In this document: piece after piece, positions 45,436-60,656 of the stretch
How positions within the stretch are numbered: the first letter of the stretch is position 1
Layout of the letters: each line of letters starts with the position of its first letter
Origin: a virus
Lineage: Duplodnaviria > Caudoviricetes
Strand: one strand, 5' to 3'
Length of the DNA: 60,656 nucleotides
IMG/VR virus record: IMGVR_UViG_3300044699_000035
Span: 1-60,656 of that record
The notes under the pieces: model-generated
Databases searched by the model: none
What the model saw: the letters and a program-made list of their open reading frames with translations, nothing else
Told to the model about the DNA's origin: nothing
Translations under genes and position numbers: made by a program

Positions 45436-46069
45436 TTACGCGTTACCGTTGAAATCGTACGAACCCCAGTCGACGACTCCGCCTGCGCGATCACAAACAG
45501 ACCGCCCAGGTTGCCGCCGTCCGCGGCCGAAGTACCCGGCACCGCCGTGACTTCGAACGCGATCATCGACGTCTCCAGCAGGTTCGCAGTGGCCGCAGCA
45601 CCTGAGCGCTGAAGAAGATGCCTTCGTCCGCACCGATCGCATTGACCGCCAGCGGCGAGTTGGTACCCGCAGTCAGCGCAATGGTCGACGTCGGCGGCGT
45701 GTTGACGCACACGTCCTGCCGGCGGCAGATCGTCATGACGAGCCCGGTGACCGGGATCACGACTTGTGCTTCGACGTACTCGAGTCGGCTGTACGGCGTA
45801 ATGACGATGAGGTTGATGAAGTCTCCCACCTCGACGTCGACACCGGTTGCCAACAGCGCTTGGTACCAGTCGTAATCCTTCTGGTCCACGACGCTATCGA
45901 TGCCGCCATCCGGGGTACGGGGGCGGAAGTCCAGCTGGCGCGTCACCGCATACGACCGGCGACGTTGGTGGTCAGCATAGCCAGTGATCACGCAAGGAGA
46001 GTTCTGCGGGACGATCCGGTTGTTGCTGTTGCCTGCGAGCCCACCCATGAACAGGTTGTACTCAGCCAT
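45436..46069 (-). CDS. Putative capsid decoration / minor capsid protein (frameshifted)
   Basis: Directly after the major capsid gene and before the terminator; RBS AAAGGA. Confidence 0.6.
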
Positions 46070-46099
46070 GATGCATTCCTTTCCTGATGAGGGGGTGGG

Positions 46100-47049
46100 T
46101 TAGGCGAACGTCGCGTACAGGCCCGCAAGCCCTTCCGCCTGGATGACCTTGGAACCGTACACGGTCATGCCCTGGAGGTAGATGTCCCACGAATCCTTGT
46201 CGTTGTCGATGATGCGCGTCTCCTCGATTTGCATCGCGAAGGCCGTTGCACCACGCCAACCGGCAACAACTTCGTACACCGTGTCGCCGCCGTCGACCGT
46301 GCTGAACACGTTGTGCGAGATGTACACATCGAACCCGGCGATCTTGGCGGGGATCTTCCCGTTCAGAACCGCATTCGATGCGACTTCGCAGCACGCGCCA
46401 GCCAGCCCTGCATTGGCCGACAGCATCGGCGAATTCAGCAGGATCGGCAGCGCCACGTCGGGCAGCACGATGAACAGATCTTCCATCGGCAGGCACTGCT
46501 CGCGCAGCACGCCGGCTACCTGGGTGAGCACCTGCCAGATGTTGGCAGCGGTGATGTCGACCGGTGCGCCGACTGCGCCGAGATTGTACGAGTGCGTACG
46601 AACGCCGGCCGTCGTGCCCTTGTTCTGCGGGTCCGCTTCGACGTACATCTGGGCCAGGAGTTCCTGGTCGATGGCTTCGCCGATGTTGTACGACGCGGAC
46701 TTCAGAAGCGACGTCTGCCACGCATCCCAGTTGCAGATCTGCTTGACGTCGATCTTCGAGATCTTGACCGAGAACTCGAGCTCGCGGTCGACGACCATCG
46801 TGACCGGACACGTATCGATCGTGTCGTGCTTGATCGTGCTGTCCTTCTGCCCGCGACGGATACGAACCCGCGGCGAACGGAAGAAGGTGATCTGGTCACC
46901 GCACTTGTTGAGTTCACCACTGTATTCCGTGGTGGTGACGTCCGCGTACGTTGACGAGCAGTAGAACTGCTCGACCAACTTCGACGAGAACATCGGAGGG
47001 ATCAGTGATCCCGAATACTGGGGATACCCAGCAGCTGCGGGACGGCCAT
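46100..47049 (-). CDS. Major capsid protein (HK97 fold, P22-coat-like)
   Basis: LIPPMFSSKLVEQFY..TTEYSGEL..GDQI, KIAGFDVYISHN and GMTVYGSKVI; follows the scaffold; one indel near the start. Confidence 0.9.
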
Positions 47050-47067
47050 GTGTAGCTCCTTGAGTGG

Positions 47068-48152
47068 TTACCGGATTTCTGCGTCCATTTCGACATTGCC
47101 CGTGGCATAAGACTCATCCCACGAGCACGAAACGCTTCCCACTCCGGCTTCGGCATCCGCTTCGACGTGAACTTCCGAAGGTTCGCCAGATACTCGGATG
47201 CCTTGATCTTGGGGGCACCGGGTTTTTCGGGGGGAGCGTCTGCGCCGGTCTTTCCAGGGACCGCCAGAGAATCCACGTGGGTGCTACCTTTCGGTCGTCG
47301 TAGAACGCACCGATCAGCGTCCGAATCGAAGCTGCGTCCGAGAGCCCGCGATAGTGGTTAAGCAAACGCCCGATGGTGTAGCCCTTCCCCGTATCCTTCG
47401 CGAGGTAGGCTTGCCAGTCGGAAGTCTTCTTCACCGTCTCGAAATCTGGAAAGTACGGATGAACTTCCGTCCGCAAAAACTCCATCTCCCGAGCCTGCAT
47501 CGCATGCGCTGTCGTGACTTCCGCTGCGCTCTGCAGCGGGGGCAACTTCTTCTTCCAGCACCTTCACTCGGCCTAGCGCCTTCTCCAACACTGCCAACCG
47601 TTCCACCACAGGATTGAGAACCTGCGATAGAAGCGACTTCGAAATGCGACGCACGTAGTCTTCGGTGTCCGGATCGAACTTCTCTTTCATCGCTGGCGAA
47701 ATATCCGCGTCCTTCAGCGACTCAAGAACCTTCGACACCCCTTCCGATCCTTGCTTGTCGGCAAGTTCAGCGATCTGCGCCTTCTGCGCATCCAGCTGCT
47801 CCTGTTGTTCCGTAAGCTTGTTTTCCAAGAACGTGCGGTTCTGGTTGACAACTTCGAGTTGGCGCTTGGTGTTTTCCGCTTCAGCCGCAGCCGCCGACGC
47901 CCGCCCGTTCGCTGTAGATAGCGCCTCTTCCAGCTGACGAATACGCCCTGCATCGGGTGCAGGCTCCGCCGGAATCGGTTGTACGGTGGGCGCTGGGGTC
48001 GCAGGTGCAGGCGACGGAGTAGGCGTAATCGCTTGAGGCGACTCCACCTGAACCGCTACGGGAGCGCCACTATTCGGATCGATACCCCGAGCCGTTAGTT
48101 CGGCCGCTTCGCGGTCGCGTCGTTGCAGTGCTGCAGAGGGGACACCAGCCAT
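47068..48152 (-). CDS. Capsid scaffolding protein (frameshifted)
   Basis: Pro-rich N-terminus, coiled coil, FPDFETVKKTSDWQAYL; immediately upstream of the capsid gene. Confidence 0.75.
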
Positions 48153-48202
48153 TTGAATTCTCTCCTGTCTGGGGCCTCAAGGGAGCCCAGATATCGAATG
48201 GA

Positions 48203-48386
48203 TTACGGTTTCCATAGCTTTAAGAGCGCACCAAGAATCTGCGACCGGCCTTGTGCGACCCGAAGCATGACTGCATCGGGTTGCGCTTCCAGCTGGTCAC
48301 GAGTGTGTTCATGCGCCTCTCTCAGATATGCCACAAACAGCTGCCCTCTGGCCGCGACGCGAGGCGTTGCATTGCCTCACGTTCAT
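48203..48386 (-). CDS. Small conserved head-module protein
   Basis: FVAYLREAHE..LRVAQGRSQILGALLKLW. Confidence 0.55.
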
Positions 48387-48401
48387 CAGCAGTCGGAGCT
48401 C

Positions 48402-48563
48402 TCACTTACGTCCGCAACAGGTGCTGGACGGAGCCGGCCGGGGCGCTGCGCCCTGGGGCTTAGGCACCGACAGCTTGCCAAGGGGCCGACTCGTCTTAGC
48501 GACGGTAGGCTTCGGCAACATGTGCGGAGGGGAGGTACCGCCACCAAATGCCATGGGAATCAT
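48402..48563 (-). CDS. Small Pro-rich protein ending TCCGRK
   Basis: RBS AAGGAG; open 53-codon frame. Confidence 0.5.
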   Translation of the reverse strand: MIPMAFGGGTSPPHMLPKPTVAKTSRPLGKLSVPKPQGAAPRPAPSSTCCGRK

Positions 48564-48626
48564 CTCCTTAGAACGCCCCTGCGACGGCTGGAGCCGCGCC
48601 CATCATGGGCAAGCAGTTCGAAGTTG

Positions 48627-49387
48627 TCAAGCAATCCATTCCACCAGCAAGTATCCAGGGGCTCCGTCGCCACCAAGAGTGAGGATGTACGAATGGGTCG
48701 CGCCCGCCCCACCGCCACCTGCGCCGTACGCTGTGATAAGCGCTGAATATCCAGGGATGTGCGGTCCCCCGCCTGCGTGGTTACCCCCGGCACCGCCCAT
48801 CCCGTAAGGCGACGATGCACCACTGCCGCCCCCGAACACGCCGCCGTTAGGAGCAGACCCCCAGCCGTTGATCGCAGGCGCGCCCACACCCGGGGGGCCA
48901 GCGTCGAGGACTGTGCCGCCACCGCCCGCCCCACCGCCGATGCGGTAGCCAGATCCGAAGAACCCGCGCGCCCCTGACGTTTTCTCGCCAACGCGAGGCG
49001 CACCGAACGCCCCACCACCGTAGCCGCTCATCGGTTGCGAAGTGACAGAACTCAGCGCACCCCTCCGCCGCCACGGATGATGAACGAGCCGAACAACGTA
49101 TCGCCACCATTAGCACCCGGCGCGAGAGGCACCGATCCTGCGTTGTTTCCTCCAGCACCACCTATGCCTACAACCACGGTGATCGCCGCCAACGGCGTGA
49201 CCTTGAACGGCTGTCGATGCACGAACTCACCAGAGCCGCCACCAGAGTTACCCTTTGCCTGGGTTGCTCTGTGGTGGAGCCGAACCACCGCCGCCCCCAC
49301 CAATCCCGTGAGCATCACCAACGACACCCCCGCCGGAACGACGAACACTCCGTTGGCGGTGAACGCTTGGGATTGAGTAGTCGGCAT
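48627..49387 (-). CDS. Glycine-rich domain adhesin-like protein (frameshifted)
   Basis: FTANGVFVVPAGVS..GGGSGEF..GGDGAPGYLLVEWIA. Confidence 0.7.
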
Positions 49388-50444
49388 TTACGCGACCCAC
49401 ATGATCAGCACGTACCCCGGCGCACCAACACCACCCGCGTTGGTCGATCCCCGACAGCCCGCCTGCGCCGCCACCACCCGAGCCGTACGCCACCGCAGCG
49501 CCACCAGCACTGCCGCCGTTACCACCGACACCACCAGGTACCATAGATCGTGCTCGAGCCGCCGCCACCGCCGCCCTGGCTGCTGACCGCCACACCACCG
49601 GCAGCGCCTGTGTACGCGCCGCTACCAGCCCCGCGCGCCCCCGCACCGATCGTCGTAGCGCCGGCACCACCCGCACCACCACCGAAGTAGCAGTTGCTCT
49701 CCGCTGTGCCGATCGCGCCAGCACCGACCCCACCGATACCGCCAGCCACGCCGCCACCGTTGCCGCCGAACGATGTCGAACCGACACCACCCAAGCCACC
49801 GTTAGCGATCACGTACCCAGCGACCGAACTGAAGCCCGCCTGTCGCACCAGTCGCCGTGCCGCCACCAGCTGGCGCTCCTGCACCGCCGACACCAACGAC
49901 AACTGGAACCTGCGGACAGGGGCGTTACAAAGATCGGGAACGACGCGATGAACTCACCTGCTCCACCACCTCCGCCACCGGCCGCGCCGGCACGCGTTCC
50001 ACCGCCGCCACCTGCACCGATCGCCGTAATCCAGATCGCCGATACGCCAGCAGGAACATTGAACGTGCCGCTCGACAGAAATTCTTGCCCGCGCAATATG
50101 CCGTTACCCGCGGCAGCGGTACCCGTTGCACCGGTTGGCCCTGTCGGTCCAGTAGGACCCGTTGGACCCGTTGGACCCGTTGGACCCGTCGCGCCTGCGC
50201 CAGGACCGGTGGGACCGGTTGGACCCGTTGGACCCGTAGCACCTGCGCCAGGACCGGTGGGGCCCGTTGGTCCGGTTGCACCCGTACCCGCAGGGCCAGT
50301 TGGCCCCGTAGGACCTGTCGGCCCAGTAGCTCCAGTGGCACCGTTACCGACAGCCCCAGTGGGTTGCACGCAGCATTCTTGACACTGCCCGCAGCCACCA
50401 CAGGACGGAGTTGGGCACGACGATCGATGGGTAGTAACCATCAC
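49388..50444 (-). CDS. Collagen-like fibre with Cys-rich N-terminus and Gly-rich C-terminal domain (frameshifted)
   Basis: [16 protein letters not shown]; (GPT/GAT)n; [27 protein letters not shown]. Confidence 0.75.
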
Positions 50445-50448
50445 ATCC

Positions 50449-52269
<1,821 letters not shown>

Positions 52270-52279
52270 TTGGCTGTGC

Positions 52280-52976
52280 TCAGAAGTTGGGGAATGCAGT
52301 AGTCGGAACAGGAATCGTCGCGCCAGTGAAACCGCGTCCACTACCGACGGTAAGACGGAAATCGTCGTAGTGGCCAGGAGCAGGACCAGTACCGAAAGAT
52401 CCTTGCCCCAAACGCAATGGCATCCCTATGTACGTCGTTCCATCGGTGTAATTCGAACCAACTTGCGCTGCGGTCCCGCCACCGAGAGTGCCCCTGTACA
52501 TCCGCGTGGTCCCGCTTACACGAGCGACCGCGATGTACTGCCATGCTGCTGCCGTCATCACTGACCCCGTGATTCGATCCGCGGAACTCACGTAATAGCG
52601 CAGCGATGTTCCGTTCGCGTAGATCGCCGGATACGCACCTTCAGAAGCGGGACGCCCGTCGAAGTAAACCTGTGATCCAGTGTTGTTCGTCGGACGGACC
52701 CATAGCTCGATCACGAAATCATTACTGCCAATGGCGTAGTTTGCATTGCTTGGCGCATTGACATTGTTGTTGCTGGGAACGCTGACGCTCGCAGTCCCAA
52801 ATGCTTTTTCCGACGTGGATAGAACGGAAGCCCCACTAGGACCAAAGGCATTCGCGCCGATAGTTTGCGGAAACGAGTTGCTGCCATTCGCTCCATCAAA
52901 GTGCGTCAGGTGCTTGACGAACGAGATGAAGGGTCCGAACGCCCAATCATCAACAGCGCTGCATGAGGAGCCGCCA

Positions 52977-52977
<1 letters not shown>
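52280..52977 (-). CDS. LamG / ConA-like lectin domain adhesin
   Basis: Start [12 protein letters not shown] (indel follows); [30 protein letters not shown] and GHYDDFRLT. Confidence 0.8.
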
Positions 52978-54251
<1,274 letters not shown>

Positions 54252-56448
54252 TTACGCTCTCCCGTTATTCAACTGCTGGACCACCGGACCTGCCGCCCCA
54301 CTGCGACCATCTGGCATCGGTACGAGCCCGGTGCCTTGCCCCGGAGCCTGCGGAACTTGCGCAACTTGCCCTGGTCCCTGGGGCGGGGGTGGTGCACCTA
54401 GCGCGGGCGGAACCCCAGGGCCTTCACCGCCCGGTGGTAATGCTCCCGGTGGAAGTCCGCCGCCGGCGGCTTCCATCAGTTGCTCTTCAAGCTTCGGATC
54501 GGGAATGATGTCGTCGATCGGCAGATCGGAAGACTTCATCACTTCACGAAGCAACGTCGCGATACCCGACTTCGGGATGATCCCAGTCGGAATAAACGGT
54601 GCCAATACCTGCAACGTCTCCAGTCGTTTGCCGGCCGCAGTCTCACGCGCCAGCACCGACGTCGGCCCACGAGCCTGCACCTGCGCGTCAACCTTGATCG
54701 CAGGATCTGGGTCATACATCATGTTGTAGTTGTAGAACGCCGAGATCAGGGGCTCCAGCACATCCTGCTCGATGTTCACGATCACCTGCTTGATCCCCTT
54801 CGCCGCGTTGCCCATCAGCATCGCGAGCCCGCCTACCGTCTTGCCTGCACCGGTTACCGCGGGATTGCCGTACGCGTACGCGGGAATCCCCGTCGCGTCG
54901 TCGCACTTCTTGATCTCTTCGTTGATCAGGGACTCGAGCTCGCCTGCGTGGAGATCGATGTTGTGGAAGTGGTAGGCCGGCTTGTCGCTGCCTAGAAGAC
55001 TGGGCTCCACCACCTTGATCATCGCCGGAAGAATCTCCTCCGGAGCCTGCTGCCCACCGAGACGAGACTGATCAACTTCAGCGAACGGTCCTGACGCAAG
55101 GCCCATGTTCCGGCGCAGTGCGCGATACGCGCTGTTGATGATCTGCTGGTTCGGTCTCATCAGCATCGGCACCGAGCGCCCCACCATGGAGCCGGGGACC
55201 TTCTCGTACGACGTCACGTAGTACGGGCGCTGCTTCATCGGATCGGGGTTGAGCACCGCGCGCACACAGATCCCGCCGATCACCCACAAGTCCGCTTCGT
55301 ACATCGCCTGCGGATCGTCGACCTTTAGCCCCCATCCCTGCAGCAAGTCGCCACGCACGCCGCCCCAGAAATTCAGCGTGTCGATCGTGTCGCCCGTGGT
55401 GAGCGTCAGCATCGTCTGCCACTCCAGCTGCTCGCGCTGGGTCGTGGTCTGGGTCAACTCCTGGTGGCCGTTGATGTAAAAGTCTAGCGCTTCTTTCAGC
55501 TTCTTGTCGTTGAAGTTCGGCATCCCCTTGCAGTCCACCAACGCCTGCCGGGACATGTGCATGACTTCGACGAGGTAACCCTCCTGCGGGCTCACCGACC
55601 AGGGAGCGAAGTAGTAATCGAACGGAGATACCCGCTCCACGTTCAACGTAGCTTCCGACGTCGCGATCGGCGTGCCGCCGTCCCACTTCAACCGCCGTTG
55701 TTTCTTCACTACCGGTGCCTTCAGCACCGCGTACGGGTACACCATGAGATCGGAGATGAACGACTGCAGCACCGGGATGAACTTGCAGTCGACCAACTGA
55801 TCGTCGATCTTGCGCTGCATCTTGTCCGTGCCCTGCTTCGCTTGGTCCATCAGCGCGCGGTAGGCAATGTCCCCAAGCTCGCCGATCCGCTGCCGGAGCG
55901 CCGCCTCGTCGAGGGGTGCGCCGAACTTCTGAATTTCCTTCTTCACCTGCTCAACCACCATGTCCTTCACCATCTGCGGGACGTTGGGGATTGGGGTCGG
56001 GAGCCAGGGACCAGACGCGATCCCCACTTGCTGTGAGGATGTCGGTCAGCCACGCTTCACCCGCTCGACACTTGGTCGCGGTAACCCCGAAGAAGGTCAG
56101 GATCGTGTTGTTCTGCATCGCCGCGAGCTCGCCCGGGTCGTACTCGTTCCGGCGTTGGCGCAGGCATTGCAACAGCAGGTTGTCGATCACGGTGCGCGAA
56201 TTCATCGCCTGCACGAAGCAGGAGCGCGCGTACGCGCCCAGGGCGCAGATCGTTTGTTCAGACCCGGCTGATGTCGGCGTAGTGCCGCCGGGGTCGAGTG
56301 TGCCCTTATTGGACCCGGCGGGTGTCGCCGTGACCGGCACGTTCATTGGCAGGTTCGATCCGGGGGTAACGCCCCCCTTCTGCGCCGGAGTGCCTTGCGC
56401 ACCTCCGCCTATCACCTGCCCGTTAAATCCGCTGCCGACGAGCGCCAT
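54252..56448 (-). CDS. Portal protein (frameshift near 56020)
   Basis: Follows terminase; TATKCRAGEAWL, ERVSPFDYY, RPYYVTSYEKVPGS and KTVGGLAMLMGNAAKGIKQV. Confidence 0.9.
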
Positions 56449-56497
56449 GAACTCTCCTTGTGCCCCCACCGGCAGCGCACCATATCACGCGGTTCAA

Positions 56498-58029
56498 TCA
56501 AAAGGAAGTGCCGTTCGACCCTCCAGAAGCAACAGTAGTGAGTCCAGAGAAGAAGTTAGTATGTTTGACGCCAAGGGCGAGGTACTGCAGCGCGTCGTGC
56601 GGGTGCGAGAACATGTTCTTCTCCGGGGTACGCCCGATACTGCCCGGTGGTGGCGATCTTCCCGTAGCGGTAGCCCGCGATTGAACCCCTCGCGCAGCAC
56701 CTTGCAGTGGGGTGAGAGGATGAACCCCTTCCGGCGCATCAGGAAGCTCGCCACAGCGTCCCTACGCGGTATCCAGTCGTTGGTCCGCGCCGGCCGGCAG
56801 GCGATCCCCGCCGCACCCACCATCATGAACGGCGTGCGCTTGTCGAGCGGCTGCGCCCTACCCCGGCCGGGTCACCGAACCCTTCCAGCTTGCAGCCCCG
56901 GTAGCGCTCGTCTCAGGAGCGGGCGCAGGTACGACTCGATGAACTCGTCGAGCGCGGTGTCGATCCCCGGGAAGAGCTCGTCGACGATGTTGAGCGACCC
57001 AGTGCGCGAAATCTGGCCGAAGACAGCCGCAGGGTTGAGCCCCCAGTCGAAGCCGATGATCACCGGTAGGTACTTGTCGGGGACCAGGGGGGCCTGCGCC
57101 ATGTGCTCCTTGTCGCTCCACTCGCTCGAGTACACCGCGCGCCCCGCGGTGGACTGTCCGTACTCCCCTTCGATGAATACCTTGATCCACTCGTCGGTCT
57201 TGCCGGGGATCTGCACCAGCCAATACCGGAAGCCCTCTTCCAGATTCTCGACGTTCTCCGCGTCGGGGTTCCCCACCCACTGCATCTCCCCCGGCGCGCC
57301 AGGAGAGCCATCGGGGTGCACCGTCACCGGGATCTTGATCAACGCCGCGGGTTGCCGGAACAGCTTGTAACCTTCGAGGGCTTCACGTTCAAAGAGCGTG
57401 TACAGCCAGTGGTCGTCGGGCACCGGGTTGTAGTCCATCACCACACCGGACCAGTTGAACCCGCCGCGATCCTTCGACGGGTAGCGCCCGCGCCGCTGAA
57501 TCGCAAACTCCAGCACTTCCTTCTGCAGTTCCGACGCCTCGTTCAGCCACACGCCCGTGAGTTCCAACGATCGCATCTTCCCCAGGTCCTGCGTGCGGTC
57601 GAGGGCCAGGAACAGAATTTCGAGATCCAGGTATGTGCCGTCGGGAAGCAACGTCTTCATCTTCGCGATCGGCGGGTAGTTCTCGTTGATGTGCGCGATC
57701 GACGACGGCATCCAGTGCATCATCGTTTTGATCGTGGTGGTCTTGAGCTCGTTGTACGTGTTGCGTATCGCGAGCCACCGCGACGTGCGCACGCCCTTGT
57801 ACACGGTCTGCCGGAACGACCGCAACACGATCTCCATCGCGGCCATGCTGGACTTGCCTGAGCCCACTGGGCCCATCACCGCACGTACCAGGGAGTCGTC
57901 GTTGTGAAACTTGAGCGCGGTTGTCGTCGGGTTGTAAACGACGATGTTCTCGTCGTCGCCCACCTGCGCTATGTACTGCGCATCGGCAACGCTATTCACT
58001 GAAGACTTCCGCAGGAAGTCCGAAGGCAC
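56498..58029 (-). CDS. terL: Terminase large subunit (frameshifted C-terminus)
   Basis: MGPVGSGKSS, SLELTGVWLNEA, MDYNP, IIGFDWGLNPA and SHPHDALQY. Confidence 0.95.
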
Positions 58030-58534
58030 CTACGGCGGAAGGGGGCGCTATCGACACAAGAGCCTCGTTGGAAGCCCCAGCTGGCAAGCTGTCGCCACCA
58101 CCCCCTCCCACCAAGGTCATTGATTGTACCGGCAGTCCCGCGCCGAACTGGAAAATCACCTGCGGTCCCCGCTGGCCCCCATCAACGCCGCGCGCTGCAG
58201 GCTTCTCCTTCACCCGCGCCATCTCAGCCACGAACTTGATCAGGTCGACACGCGTGCCTACACCTGTGGCCTCGGTCCTTCATGATCTTGATCACTTCGG
58301 CGATCTGGTCCTCCGGCCAGAGACTTCATGCGGTAGATGTACCCCGCATCAGCGCCTAAGTCGCGCATCTCGTCCAGCACCAGCTGCATCTCACGCTTAA
58401 CCCCTGGCTCTGCTCGAGCGCCTTGTACTGCTCCGGGGTCAGGCCCCACTCTTTGAGGAGCGTGGCGTCGTCGGAAAGACCGCAGGCAAGCTCTCTGCAG
58501 AACTTGCCCAGGGTCACCGTCGTGAGTTGAGGCA
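57992..58534 (-). CDS. Probable terminase small subunit (frameshifted)
   Basis: Directly upstream of terL; helical protein ending QVIFQFG. Confidence 0.6.
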
Positions 58535-58536
58535 TG

Positions 58537-58773
58537 TTACGGAGTAGGCGTGGGTGCCGGCGGCGTCGCCTTGGCTTCCAGTGTCGCAGCGCCGGTTTCC
58601 AGACGCGTGGTGATGGCGTCGATCTCGGGCTGCTGATCCGGCGGCGGTACGGGAAGGTTGGTGATCGCGAGCTCGATGCGCGCGGTTGCTGCTTGAAGCT
58701 TGGTCAGTCGGCCATGATGCGTTCCTTGAGATTCGGAGATGGTTTGGATTTGCCGACCAGATTGGTGCAGCAA
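58537..58773 (-). CDS. Hypothetical protein
   Basis: LTKLQAATARIE..EIDAITTRLE. Confidence 0.45.
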   Translation of the reverse strand: MLHQSGRQIQTISESQGTHHGRLTKLQAATARIELAITNLPVPPPDQQPEIDAITTRLETGAATLEAKATPPAPTPTP

Positions 58774-58812
58774 GTGGATGATACGCGGTCGTTGAACCCC
58801 ACCCGAACATTT

Positions 58813-58974
58813 CTACCTCCCCCGGCCGCTGCGCCGTACGACAGCAGGCTTGCGGCGATCAGCCTTGTTGAACTCCTTGGCTACCCTTACGGGTATCCCA
58901 ACTTTCCTGGCAAAGCCAGGATTGTGCGCAGCCGCGGCCATGGTGCGGGCTTGCTTCGGAGATTTAGAGGGCAT
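58813..58974 (-). CDS. Small conserved basic phage protein
   Basis: RBS AAGGAG; MPSKSPKQARTMAAAAHNPGFARKVGIP..AKEFNKAD. Confidence 0.7.
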   Translation of the reverse strand: MPSKSPKQARTMAAAAHNPGFARKVGIPVRVAKEFNKADRRKPAVVRRSGRGR

Positions 58975-59290
58975 CGACGGGCTCCTTGATCGCCGCATTC
59001 ACCGCGCCGTGAAGTTGTCGCTGTACTGGGGGCCATCCCGCACCAGCGTCTCAGCTTGCTTTACCAGCCACGCTGCTATCTCGCGCGGCCACGGGGGCTC
59101 ATCTTGCCTGCCTCACGAATGGTGAGGTGTGCGTACGTCCGTACGTTGCCTTTACCGCCAGTGACGCTTGCTTGGCTTTTTCCATCCACCATGACTTGTC
59201 CCCGCTGACGGTCTAGGTTCTCGGTACAGGTTTGGCGCGGCACTGTACAACGGACCACGCCAAGGTTTTTCGACGTCGCGGCATGTGCCC

Positions 59291-59473
59291 TTAACGCCAG
59301 CTGATCACCGGCATCCCCGGCACGCCGAACAGCAGGGAGAGGCAGACGAAGAGAGCGACGATGCCGACGATCGCGCGGGCGATCATGTGCGTCGGGGTGG
59401 GAAGAGCGGGATCACGTAGTACACGACAACGGCGAAGACGACGAACCAAATCAGGAGGTAAGCAGTAGGCCCA
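59291..59473 (-). CDS. Small two-transmembrane protein (frameshifted)
   Basis: LPTPTHMIARAIVGIVALFVCLSLLFG. Confidence 0.5.
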   Translation of the reverse strand, partial: WAYCLPPDLVRRLRRCRVLRDPALPTPTHMIARAIVGIVALFVCLSLLFGVPGMPVISWR

Positions 59474-59715
59474 CGGTGGGCTCCTAGGGGATTGAGACGC
59501 TTGGCTTGTAACTGGGGAGGATGGGAAAGTCAAGTGGGGAGTTCAGGTACAGGAAGTATGAGGAGTATGGTCGACGGCTTGGGGCGGGGGAGTTACGAAC
59601 GGTTCCCTGTTTTATGGGTACCCTTGGTTTCGCCGCGCTCGAAAGTCGGGTCTACCCCCGCCACCCTGGCCCCCTCCTCCCTCCTCGCCCTCTCCCCGCC
59701 CCGTCGCCCCGTCCC

Positions 59716-59742
59716 GGTGCTAACTTAGCACTATGCTATAAT
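59716..59742 (+). promoter_or_regulatory. Operator copy 4 abutting an extended -10 promoter
   Basis: GGTGCTAA-C-TTAGCACT followed by A-TG-C-TATAAT, upstream of RBS AGGAG/ATG 59787. Confidence 0.75.
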
Positions 59743-59786
59743 TTTGTTGTGTGCAATTCCCGCACACAGTCAACTAGGAGCAAGAC

Positions 59787-60329
59787 ATGAAAGCGACTAA
59801 CAAGGTTAAGGCAGTTCCCGCCGCACTGAAGAAGGCTGGCATCGCTCACCCCACGACGCCACAGATGGTTTCGTTCTGTGTCGCGTGCTTCTCCGACGTT
59901 ATGAGCGCAAGCGCTACGCTCGAAAACGCGAAGGCTCTGTGGGACGCGGCGCGCGTGTCTCCTGCGCATCGAGCTCGCCCGCGCGTACAAGGTGATCGCG
60001 CACGGAAAGGCTTGGGATTCGTTCAAGGCTGACCTACGCGCCGCGCTCGTCAACGCCCGCGTGTGCGAAACCCTGAAGGATGCGGGGCGACTGGTGAACA
60101 ACGCTCTTATCGCCCTGTCAATTACCGGCCAACGGAGCCAAGAAAGGCGGGAAGAAAGCGCCGCAAAGAGAAGGTCGCGGGCACCGAGCGCAACGTGACC
60201 ACGGAAGCCCCTAGCATCATCGTTGCCGCGCTCGCGTACATCAGCAAGGCGCAAGAGAAGCACGCGGGCGATGGCGAAGTCACCGAGATGCTGGGCGAGA
60301 TCGCAGCCATACTGGGCGCGGGCAAGTAG
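59787..60329 (+). CDS. Early hypothetical protein (frameshifted)
   Basis: Has promoter, RBS and downstream terminator; three overlapping ORF fragments. Confidence 0.6.
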
Positions 60330-60341
60330 CAGACCCCCGCC

Positions 60342-60370
60342 AGCCCCGCCGCAGTCAGGCGGGGCTTTTT
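60342..60370 (+). terminator. Rho-independent terminator
   Basis: GCCCCGCC-GCAGTCA-GGCGGGGC followed by TTTTT. Confidence 0.85.
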
Positions 60371-60472
60371 CCACGCCCAAAATTTGTGCGGTGCAATGCC
60401 GCACGGAACTTCAACATTATGGGCTGGCACGCGCGCACAAACTTCCATATTAAAAATTCCCCGCAGAATCAT

Positions 60473-60489
60473 AGTGCTAGGTTAGCACT
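60473..60489. promoter_or_regulatory. Palindromic operator-like site, copy 5
   Basis: AGTGCTAG-G-TTAGCACT upstream of an AT-rich tract. Confidence 0.65.
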
Positions 60490-60656
60490 GACGCGAAGCG
60501 GTAGCTGATGGCTAACGGCATGGCACGCTGGACTGCATGGGGTGGCGTTAGAATCTAAAGGCTTTATTATATTATTCTATTTAAAGATAATATATATATA
60601 AGCAGCTGTTTAGAAATATTACCCTCACGCGAGGGATTTTTTCGGCGACGCGTAAA

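Noticed and set aside
55916-57370. Long antisense ORFs (also 14548-15339 and 46182-46964)
   Set aside because: These are shadow frames of well-supported genes in GC-rich DNA

Overview
The window looks like most or all of a ~60 kb GC-rich dsDNA phage genome with podovirus-like architecture. The host is probably Gram-negative, since spanins and a Holin_2-3/SLT lysis cassette are present. The + strand (about 59.8 kb to the end, then 1-23.2 kb) carries early and replication genes: a MoxR-like AAA ATPase, a DUF3150-like protein, an HExxH-metallopeptidase/VWA protein, an array of short paralogous genes, family A DNA polymerase, a Cas4-like exonuclease, VRR-NUC, SNF2 helicase, an SSB-like protein, primase-helicase, DUF3310 and a GT2-TPR glycosyltransferase. 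The - strand (59.5 kb down to 23.2 kb) carries terminase, portal, collagen-like fibre/adhesin genes, scaffold, major capsid, adaptors, tail proteins, a giant ejection protein, the lysis genes and four glycan-modifying genes. Indels are frequent throughout and severe at about 34.7-42 kb, so many genes were reassembled by eye across frames and their coordinates are approximate. All family assignments come from motif recognition, not database searches. The most notable items are a five-enzyme glycosylation island that may target Thr-rich collagen fibres, a 17-bp palindrome of everted CIRCE-like half-sites in five copies, an array of translationally coupled paralogous mini-genes, and unusually Cys-rich virion proteins. 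No integrase, CRISPR array, reverse transcriptase or tRNA was seen.
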